Part shown: positions 56,617 through 64,000 of the stretch, one piece after another
Layout: each line of letters opens with the position of its first letter
Position numbering within the stretch: the first letter of the stretch is position 1
The notes under the pieces: model-generated
Databases searched by the model: none
The model's input: the letters and a program-made list of their open reading frames with translations, nothing else
What the model was told of the DNA's origin: nothing
Source of the DNA: a virus
Virus record (IMG/VR): IMGVR_UViG_3300047509_000103
Location: 1-64,000 of that record
DNA length: 64,000 bases
Reading direction: 5' to 3' (one strand)
Translations under genes and position numbers: made by a program

Positions 56617-59550
56617 ATGCTCCCGAACTACAACCTCGTCGAGCTCGGCGAGCGGGCTTCTGTTTACGCGCGCGCATTCGGTCGAAAGATGATCGCGCTT
56701 ATTGCAGCCTCGAGGATCAAGAACAACAAGCTGTACCGGTTGCTTGAAGACGGCACTGAACTGATTGCGACACGCGCGAACAAGCAGTACCGACTGACCA
56801 TCACGACGCCAGTTAGCGCGCAGCCGATATTCACCACACTCATGTCGTCGATCTGGATACCACGCGGTTTTGTTGTGCATCCAGCATCTGATGCGGCGCC
56901 GGCGGGTTGGGGATTCCCGATCATCCCGCTGTCGACGCTGCCGGGAGGCGAGTTGAACCCGTTCAATCTCGCGCCGGGAACTGACCCCTTCTACTGGACT
57001 GTCGGCGGTGGCTTAGGGCAAGTGCTGCTCACGCGTGTTGGTTCGCTTGGATCGGGTGTTCCGTTGTACCCAAAGGCAGGAGGAATCGCGCCTCCCATGC
57101 TGTTTTGCTACACCGCTGGGCTGGCCCCAAAATTGCTGGCTACGCCCAAGGATGTCACGCTGGACAAGACGGCAAATGACTCTGCTTTGCCGTACACGGC
57201 CTACCGTGCGGAATTGCAGCCGTACTACGCTAATTCGCCTTCATCTGGCGCGAGCGAAGCGGCAACGATCGCGCTCAACAAGGAAACCGAGTACGGATTG
57301 CTGAATGCGCACCGTGTCGGCATGGGCCTTCAGCCGCTAAACCGCTCGCTGCGTGGTTACTACGACTCCGGCCAGATCAAGGCCGAGATGGAATTTGCCA
57401 ATAGCATCTTTGGGCACTACAGCGCGGCGCTTCCACTGACTTACCGAACGCCGGAAGACGCCATTTCGCGCGATGGGGTGACGCGGTTGATCACCGCGAG
57501 CGCGGCAGATGATCGCAATATCAATCTGAGTGGCGCGGAGATCCTGATTGTGTTGACGCAGGATGGAGGCGTGACGCAGATCGGCACTGATCCGCACGGC
57601 TTCGGGATTTATAACGTCACCGCGCCCGGACCGGCGATCAACCCCAGCGCCGCATTCTCTGGCTGGCTGTCATCGCCGCCGCATAAGGCGATCATCGAAG
57701 ACACGTTGTGGCAGAGCAGCAACTCTTTCTTTGAGCCAGGCTTCAAACATGGGTGGGCGAACGCGCACTTCGTGCAGCGCGAACAGTGGATTGCTTGCGG
57801 CAATCAGAGTTGGTTTTCAAGCAACGTCGAAATTCCGGTGGTTACGTGGAACGCGCCGCCGTCGCTGGCACTGACGTGGGAAACTTGGCCCGTCACTCTT
57901 AGCGGCAATCCGGCCAATCCATTCAACAGCTCGCCATGGTTTCCGCTGACGGATCCGGCGACGGGCGTCTTCTGGCTCAGTCAAGCGCTGGTTGGTTCGA
58001 CATTCGAGCTGGAGGGATTCGACAACCGCATATTCATTCGTGGGCGTTGTATCGCCGTGGCGCCGGAGGGAGGCTTGATCTGGGCGGCAGGCGTCCAGAA
58101 GTTTGCAACTCCGGGAGTTCCAGCGGTCCCGGCAACGTCAACGACCCAAGCCATCGCCGCGCAGCCGCCTGGCGCGTACCGCCTGATCGCGCTGGTGCAC
58201 AACGCCGCCGATCAGCCGGTTGGCATCCAGACCGCCGGCATGACGTCGGTGCTGCACGTCTACTATGTGGATCTTCCTGACAAGCTGCTCTATGCCTGCA
58301 ATCCGCAGTGTGTGATTCGCGGCGTCTACGGCAAGGAAGATGCCGCCGCGTGGCCTTGGATCACCCTGAATAGCCCCTTCTCGTGGCGCGACGCGGGCAC
58401 GGTGGATGTTTCGCGCAGTGTGGTAGCAGGTTCGCAGAACCTGCTCAAGTACGCCAGCCAGTGGCGCTTCAGCCCTGACGGAACGCGTGCGTGCTGCCTG
58501 CGTGATGTTGGCGCCTACACTGATTACTCCGCCGTGTACGACAACGGCGCAAGTATCGGCACAGGGTATTTTGTCTCGACCGGCTTGCAGCCTGGACTGC
58601 TTGAGCTGGTGTTCAACTCAACCGCCATCGGCATGTCGGCGGTGCTCAATTATCGCGGGTTGGCTCCCGGCGCGACACCAGTTCACGTCGCGGGTGACCA
58701 ATACAGCGAAGGCAGCGCCGTCCGCGTGATGACGCCCATCGCGGTGGATTACGATGCGAACAACAACGTGCTGGCGGCGTTTTCAATCCAGACCGCCGAC
58801 CCGGCGCTGATGCCACCGTTCGCTGACTTCAATCAAAAGACAGAGAATGGGCGCTTCGATGTTGGCTTCGGGCCGTTTACCTCAGCCGCACCAAGTAGCC
58901 TAACCTACCTTTCTCGGGTCGGTTCCTACCTCGTCACGCCGGATTTGCCAGTGCACCCGCAACCGCCCATCGTGCTGGACGTGGTGGACGGTGTATTTGT
59001 GTCCGTTGGCACGCGCACCAGCGGGCTCGCCGATACTGGCGACGACGAGATAGGCATCGACAACCCCGCCTTCGTGCCTTGCCTCATCGGCACCGACGTG
59101 CCAGTCATTCGCGTTGACGTTTACCGGCAAGGACAGCGCCTGAACGAAGCGTGGTACGGCAACCCAACGAACACGATAGTCACCTTTCAGGACGTGTCGC
59201 CTTACTTGGCCGGCGTACGGCAAAACGCGTATCAACTGCTCTACACGACCTGCTCCCTGGTGGTGCCGGCGTATGCGAAGAATCGCAATGCAGACTGGAT
59301 GCTGACCTACAACCTGATTCCGCAGCCCTTCGTCAGTCAGAAGCTGCCAATGACCGCAGACCTGGATTGCACGACCAATCCGACCCACGCGCCGCGTGTC
59401 GATCCAACGGTGCTCGTGTTCAACGAGTACACCGACGTGACCTGGCTAGGTGGCTGGTGTGGATCTTCATTCCTGGCGCAAGACGCCCTGCAAACGGAAA
59501 TCGGCACCACGGGTAGCAACCCGAGGCTGCTCTACGCGAGGACGGTTTGA
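56617..59550 (+). CDS. Large virion-region protein containing a CAP/SCP-like domain
   Basis: LLNAHR..MGLQPL, FGH, GAEI, AFSGWLSSPPHKAII. Confidence 0.7.
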   Translation: MLPNYNLVELGERASVYARAFGRKMIALIAASRIKNNKLYRLLEDGTELIATRANKQYRLTITTPVSAQPIFTTLMSSIWIPRGFVVHPASDAAPAGWGFPIIPLSTLPGGELNPFNLAPGTDPFYWTVGGGLGQVLLTRVGSLGSGVPLYPKAGGIAPPMLFCYTAGLAPKLLATPKDVTLDKTANDSALPYTAYRAELQPYYANSPSSGASEAATIALNKETEYGLLNAHRVGMGLQPLNRSLRGYYDSGQIKAEMEFANSIFGHYSAALPLTYRTPEDAISRDGVTRLITASAADDRNINLSGAEILIVLTQDGGVTQIGTDPHGFGIYNVTAPGPAINPSAAFSGWLSSPPHKAIIEDTLWQSSNSFFEPGFKHGWANAHFVQREQWIACGNQSWFSSNVEIPVVTWNAPPSLALTWETWPVTLSGNPANPFNSSPWFPLTDPATGVFWLSQALVGSTFELEGFDNRIFIRGRCIAVAPEGGLIWAAGVQKFATPGVPAVPATSTTQAIAAQPPGAYRLIALVHNAADQPVGIQTAGMTSVLHVYYVDLPDKLLYACNPQCVIRGVYGKEDAAAWPWITLNSPFSWRDAGTVDVSRSVVAGSQNLLKYASQWRFSPDGTRACCLRDVGAYTDYSAVYDNGASIGTGYFVSTGLQPGLLELVFNSTAIGMSAVLNYRGLAPGATPVHVAGDQYSEGSAVRVMTPIAVDYDANNNVLAAFSIQTADPALMPPFADFNQKTENGRFDVGFGPFTSAAPSSLTYLSRVGSYLVTPDLPVHPQPPIVLDVVDGVFVSVGTRTSGLADTGDDEIGIDNPAFVPCLIGTDVPVIRVDVYRQGQRLNEAWYGNPTNTIVTFQDVSPYLAGVRQNAYQLLYTTCSLVVPAYAKNRNADWMLTYNLIPQPFVSQKLPMTADLDCTTNPTHAPRVDPTVLVFNEYTDVTWLGGWCGSSFLAQDALQTEIGTTGSNPRLLYARTV

Positions 59551-60032
59551 TGCAAGTCTCCACTGGATTCAAGAGCCTGATCTTGGGGCGCAACAGTTTC
59601 AGCGATATTTTCAACGGCGGCGCGATCAAGATTTACAACAATGCGCAGCCGCCCAGTCCGGACATCGAAGACTTCGGCGCCACCGTCATCGGTATGATTA
59701 CGTTGAATGGGCAGCCCTGGAACTTTGGCAGCTCAACCAACGGCATCACCTTCGTTCTTGAAGGCGCCTACGTCTACAACAACAATGCAGAGAACTGGAT
59801 CCTCACGCCATCAGTGTCGCTTGAGGCTGCCTGGTTCCGGCTCTACAGCCCGGTAGTTGGCGACGTTGGCCAATCCTCCACCGAGTTCGCGCGCATCGAC
59901 GGCACGATCTCGGAGTTGGGCTCTGCCATCGGCGCAGACATGTACATGGCCGACACCGCACTCACTGTCGGATCCGGCTTGGTCGCGAACTATTTCCTTT
60001 ACACGATTCTTCCCATACCCACCGGAGATTAA
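59550..60032 (+). CDS. Putative virion structural protein
   Basis: GGAIKIY..AQP.SPD, AAWFRL, ARIDGTI..GADM. Confidence 0.75.
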   Translation: MQVSTGFKSLILGRNSFSDIFNGGAIKIYNNAQPPSPDIEDFGATVIGMITLNGQPWNFGSSTNGITFVLEGAYVYNNNAENWILTPSVSLEAAWFRLYSPVVGDVGQSSTEFARIDGTISELGSAIGADMYMADTALTVGSGLVANYFLYTILPIPTGD

Positions 60033-60035
60033 CCC

Positions 60036-60545
60036 ATGTCGCAATACTCCATCACGTTGCGTGACGCGCTGCTAGCCGCGATGAAATCGTCGCTTGGCAG
60101 CACGCTGCAGATGACCCTCTACAATTCGGCCACAGGCACCATCCCAGCTACCGCGGATGAAGTGCTGACGTCGCTGTTGAGCACGGACATCACCAAACTG
60201 TGCGTGTTGACAGCGAACGCCGGCTCAAGTCCAGGCATGACCTTCGGCACACCGGCCAGTGGCATCATCAACAAGACCGGCGCGGAGACGTGGCAGAGTA
60301 ACGCGACCATCGGCGCATTCACTGGTTTCCAGTCAGGTGCCAGCGCATTGCCAGCACACTTCTTCCGGTTGTGTGTCTATGGCAACGACGGCTCGGCCGG
60401 CGACACCGGATCGACGGCTATCTTCCAGGGAACGGTCGGCACGGTGGCCGGCGTGTTCGATCTGTACCTACCCACAGCGACAATCACTGTCGGTACGCAG
60501 GTAGGGCCGGTCTCGGCCTTCCAGGTCGTCGACGGGAATGGCTAG
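60036..60545 (+). CDS. Putative virion structural protein, distant paralog of 59550
   Basis: LY...IPATAD, FFRL, QGTVG...DL. Confidence 0.75.
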   Translation: MSQYSITLRDALLAAMKSSLGSTLQMTLYNSATGTIPATADEVLTSLLSTDITKLCVLTANAGSSPGMTFGTPASGIINKTGAETWQSNATIGAFTGFQSGASALPAHFFRLCVYGNDGSAGDTGSTAIFQGTVGTVAGVFDLYLPTATITVGTQVGPVSAFQVVDGNG

Positions 60546-61272
60546 TTGGAAAGACATCACCGGACCTGCCTACTGGCAAGCAGCAACACTGGTAGATAGC
60601 GGGCATGCGATTCCGGCATTCGGAGAGTTGATAGACACAGCGCTGAGTGCTGACTTCTGCGTACTCCCGGCGATCTTTTATGCACTCAGCGGCGGCAGCG
60701 TCTATCTGAACGCCGTCGGTGTCGCGCCCATTGATGGCGCGTACATGGCCCGGGCCGGAACGTTAGGCTATCCGCACTACGTTTTCTCTGTTGGTATGTG
60801 GGTTCCTACGGGCCTAACCTATTCGGCACGCATTCTGCCAATCTTGAAGTACATTGGCCCGGTGATACCCAGTCGCAGCGATGTGCGTGTGACCGTCAGC
60901 GCCCCGTCTGCTGGATCAGGTGTGACGACAGTGTTCAACGTGCCTGGTCCTTGGAGCGCGGTGACTGCCATCCCGCAGCCATCCGGTTTCGGTGCATCGG
61001 GCAACATGACCGTGCCAGCGGTTTATTCGCCTTCTTTCGACCCCATGCTTGGCGGCAGTGCCGTCGCAACACTGGGAACAGGTGCCGCTTTTTCTCCGAT
61101 CGGCGGGGTTGCGTTCCCCTATCCTAATGGGCCGGATATCCTGAGCGGCATCGTGGCATCGGCGCAGGACTCGTCGGGGCATCTGGTGTCAGTCGCCACG
61201 ATCACGAAAATCGAAGTCTACAGCGACTTTGTCGAACCATTCTGGGCTGAATTGCTTGGCACGGAGCAGTAA
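60538..61272 (+). CDS. Hypothetical tail-region protein
   Basis: 244 aa, overlapping operon. Confidence 0.65.
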   Translation: MASWKDITGPAYWQAATLVDSGHAIPAFGELIDTALSADFCVLPAIFYALSGGSVYLNAVGVAPIDGAYMARAGTLGYPHYVFSVGMWVPTGLTYSARILPILKYIGPVIPSRSDVRVTVSAPSAGSGVTTVFNVPGPWSAVTAIPQPSGFGASGNMTVPAVYSPSFDPMLGGSAVATLGTGAAFSPIGGVAFPYPNGPDILSGIVASAQDSSGHLVSVATITKIEVYSDFVEPFWAELLGTEQ

Positions 61273-61526
61273 TGGCACTGACAAAAATCACACCCTCGGT
61301 GAACGTGCCACCGATCCTTCCAACGCCACCGATTAGCGCGTACACCTACTGTCCACCACCGCCTCCAGCACCGCCTCCGATCCAGCCATCCAATCCACCC
61401 GCCACACCGCCAGGTAGCGGAAACAATGGCGGTGGCGGTGGTGAATGCTTAATACTGATCATTCCGCCTTTCTGTCCGCCGGGACTGCCGTGCCAGCCTG
61501 GCACCGTTGAGATTATCTGTCCATGA
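61272..61526 (+). CDS. Proline-rich hypothetical protein
   Basis: TAATG overlap, GGAG RBS. Confidence 0.55.
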   Translation: MALTKITPSVNVPPILPTPPISAYTYCPPPPPAPPPIQPSNPPATPPGSGNNGGGGGECLILIIPPFCPPGLPCQPGTVEIICP

Positions 61527-62005
61527 GCGGCGACTGCGTTACCTACCCAGGCAGGCCTGGGTCACCAGGCCGGGCAGGATACATCGACTACAAGCCGGAC
61601 TTCGGCTGGGACGCTGGTGCGAACAGCTCGGCGCAGATCAATGGACCCTGCATTTTGGACTTCACTGTGCCAAACCCGGTCGGCGTACTTATCGGATTGA
61701 CGGACGTGCTGAACCAGTTCCTCAACCCCCACACGTACTTTCACGCACTACTTTTCCAGACGGCTGGAGGCCTGTCGACGTGGAGCGTGCTCGAGCGTGG
61801 CGTCGTCGTGCAAGCGGCGCAGGTACGCACGTTCACCACGACTGACGAAAACGGGCAGCCCGCAGACGATTTTTCCATTGAGCGCACCGGCAACTCCGTC
61901 AACTACTACATGAACGGCACCATCGTGCTGGTGCGACCGTGCCTGTTCACTGGCATCGCCCTTGTCTCGGCCATGCTTTACGCCTCGGGCGATTACGTCG
62001 GATGA
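61523..62005 (+). CDS. Hypothetical tail-region protein
   Basis: GWDAGANS, FSIER.G..V.YY.NG. Confidence 0.7.
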   Translation: MSGDCVTYPGRPGSPGRAGYIDYKPDFGWDAGANSSAQINGPCILDFTVPNPVGVLIGLTDVLNQFLNPHTYFHALLFQTAGGLSTWSVLERGVVVQAAQVRTFTTTDENGQPADDFSIERTGNSVNYYMNGTIVLVRPCLFTGIALVSAMLYASGDYVG

Positions 62006-63411
62006 GCATTACCTTCACCTCCAGTTCCACGTCTGACGCACTCGTCGGGCAGGTCTTCACCAAATCGCGGCGCAATTCGTGCGTAGCCACCGAGTGGACG
62101 GCTTTTGCGCTGATTCATTCGCGCCGCAACAAGCTGCGAATGCCAACGCAGCCCTGTGCGCTGACGCAGACCAACAAGCGCAACCGTACCTTCGCACGAA
62201 CATTGGGAACGGCCGGAGCGTTTATCACGTCGCGTCGCAATAGCGACTTCGGCGTGGTGTTCGAGATTCCGCAGCCATCTGTCGGCTTGTGCCACACCAA
62301 GCGCAACACACTGACCGCGCAATGCGTCATCGCCATCCCCGGCGTGGCTGATGTCACCAGCAAGCGCAATCGGCTGACCGCAACCACTTACAGCCGCTTC
62401 CTGATTGAGCGTAGCCGCCGCAATCTGTGCTTCGGAATCCAACGACCGCCCATCCAGAACCCGATCATTCTAGAGCAGTACGGCGGGTATTTACTGATTG
62501 AGTTCCGGGCAGATACCGCCTACAAGATCCTGTTCGACAACATCGGATTCCACGCGGGCTCGCCATCGGCGCAAGCGGTGCTCGCGCTCCTGGACAGCAT
62601 CGCGTTCCACGGGACGGTGACGCAGCAGGTGAACTTGCATGCGCTGATTGCGGCGCAGTTGGCGTTTGGCGACGTGTCGTTCGGCGCGCCTGCTGGCATC
62701 CTGAGCGACACGGTGAGGTTCTCGGATTCCAACATCGCACTGGCGATGCGTTTGGCCACATTGCTTGACTCGTTCGCGGTGTCGGCGGCACTGACCCGCA
62801 GTGCCGCGATCTTCGCGTTCCTGTCCGACGCATTCGAGTTCGATGCCAGCCTAAGCGTTCAGCAGCATATTTTGCAGGCGCTGCAGGACGGGTTTGAGTT
62901 CGGCATGACGCTGTTCACCGGCGCCGATACCTATACGGCGTGGGTGATGACGACACAGACGCGCGCGATGACCAGTTACTCGAACTACGCCTTCAACAGC
63001 TACGCGCCGTTCTGCCGCAGGCTGTTCGCCGCAAAAGACGACGGCGTGTACGTCCTCGAAGGCGCCACGGATGCTGGGCAAGCGATCAATGCCAGCGTGC
63101 GCTCTGGCCTTCTTGATTTCGGCTCACGGCAGTTGAAGCGCGTCGAGCGCGCGTACCTGGGTTACACCGCGGACGGCACGCTGGCATTGCGCGTCACGAC
63201 AACATCGCCGCAAGGAAAAAAGATTGCGTACACCTACCGCATGGTCAAGACGCCGAGCGCCGACGCGCCGCGCGAAACACGCGTCATCATCGGCAAGGGA
63301 TTGCAGTCCGTCTATTGGGCGTTCGAACTTGACAACAGCCTGGATGGTGGCGACTTCGAACTGCACGACGTAACCGTGCTGCCGATTATTCTCTCAAGGA
63401 AGGTACGCTGA
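62002..63411 (+). CDS. Putative tail protein
   Basis: YSNYAFNS, DGVY.LEG.TD.G..I.A.V..G..DFG..QLKR...AYLG. Confidence 0.75.
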   Translation: MSITFTSSSTSDALVGQVFTKSRRNSCVATEWTAFALIHSRRNKLRMPTQPCALTQTNKRNRTFARTLGTAGAFITSRRNSDFGVVFEIPQPSVGLCHTKRNTLTAQCVIAIPGVADVTSKRNRLTATTYSRFLIERSRRNLCFGIQRPPIQNPIILEQYGGYLLIEFRADTAYKILFDNIGFHAGSPSAQAVLALLDSIAFHGTVTQQVNLHALIAAQLAFGDVSFGAPAGILSDTVRFSDSNIALAMRLATLLDSFAVSAALTRSAAIFAFLSDAFEFDASLSVQQHILQALQDGFEFGMTLFTGADTYTAWVMTTQTRAMTSYSNYAFNSYAPFCRRLFAAKDDGVYVLEGATDAGQAINASVRSGLLDFGSRQLKRVERAYLGYTADGTLALRVTTTSPQGKKIAYTYRMVKTPSADAPRETRVIIGKGLQSVYWAFELDNSLDGGDFELHDVTVLPIILSRKVR

Positions 63412-64000
63412 TGGCTGCCCCGCTGATTTTACCCATCGAACTGACACCAGCGGTTCCGATTGTCCAAGACGCCTACGCGAACTGGAGCGGCATCGCGCTG
63501 ACTGCGTTCAAGACTGCGCAGCAGCTTGTCTACAATCTCACCGATGTCAGCATGTCATGGACGGACTTCAACATTCCGTTCGATGTTGGCGCAGCGCCGA
63601 CCCCACGCTCACCGCCAACGGCGCCGATCCCGCTCGATGTAAATGATCCAGGCGCGCCACCAGCGCCACCGTCGTTTCCGGCATTCAGTCTGACGAACAC
63701 GTTGATCGGAATTAATCCGCCAAACGAAAACTTCTCGTTCACGCCAGGCCAGTACGCCGACGACATGCTCGGCAATGTGAAGTCGACGATCAAGGCCATG
63801 ATGGCTGGCGATTTCGTGCTGCCGGAGCCGGCGGCCACAGCGTTGCGCAACCGCGCGTTCGACGCGGCCAACAAGGAAGAGGCACGCAACACCGACCTGG
63901 CAATCAGCGACTTCGCCGCTCGTGGATTCGACGAGCCACCGGGCTTACTCAACGCGCGCTTGGTCATCGTGCGCGACGCCGCGCAGTTGGCGCGCATGGG
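63411..64000 (+). CDS. Partial virion protein, runs off the window
   Basis: ATG at 63411 (MAAPLILPIELTPAVP...), frame appears open to the window end. Confidence 0.65.
   Translation, partial: MAAPLILPIELTPAVPIVQDAYANWSGIALTAFKTAQQLVYNLTDVSMSWTDFNIPFDVGAAPTPRSPPTAPIPLDVNDPGAPPAPPSFPAFSLTNTLIGINPPNENFSFTPGQYADDMLGNVKSTIKAMMAGDFVLPEPAATALRNRAFDAANKEEARNTDLAISDFAARGFDEPPGLLNARLVIVRDAAQLARM

Larger units (their letters stand above)
1..64000. mobile_element. Temperate phage/prophage genome segment (lambdoid early region, podovirus-like head/tail module); ends and integrase not in window
   Basis: Divergent repressor/Cro switch, recombination, replication, lysis, terminase, portal, capsid and tail genes in canonical order; no host housekeeping genes. 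Confidence 0.97.

Noticed and set aside
1-64000. DGR reverse transcriptase, Avd or template repeat in the window
   Set aside because: No ORF with RT motifs and no third copy of the VR seen; AACAACAAC runs near 21483, 44114 and 59778 lie in unrelated genes. A by-eye search could miss a degenerate copy.

Overview
The window is a large part of a GC-rich, lambdoid-organised temperate phage or prophage with podovirus-type morphogenesis genes. Leftward early arm (1-12.5 kb): Acb2-like anti-CBASS sponge, RdgC-FtsK-gamma fusion, SSB/exonuclease/RecT-like recombination module and two DUF1566 (CLec-fold) genes. Immunity region (12.5-14.5 kb): repressor and Cro with clear TTGACA promoters and TTACC-N4-GGTAA operators. 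Rightward early and replication arm: two DNA methyltransferases, SNF2 helicase, initiator plus DnaC-like loader, VRR-NUC, an accessory block and a solitary TnpB. Then lysis (lysozyme, holin, lipase), packaging and head genes (TerS, TerL, P22-like portal, scaffold, capsid) and tail genes. Main findings: (1) the two small early DUF1566 genes end in colinear variable repeats with the adenine-mutagenesis signature of a diversity-generating retroelement (DGR), yet they are not tail fibres and no RT or template repeat is visible here; (2) a ~470-nt highly structured non-coding region directly upstream of acb2; (3) a bipartite 43-bp motif with fixed spacing bounding two accessory genes; (4) a transposase-free TnpB with a rearranged (Fanzor-like) RuvC site fused into an operon; (5) a multi-stem RNA leader before the major capsid gene. 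All family assignments come from motif recognition by eye; no database search was run.
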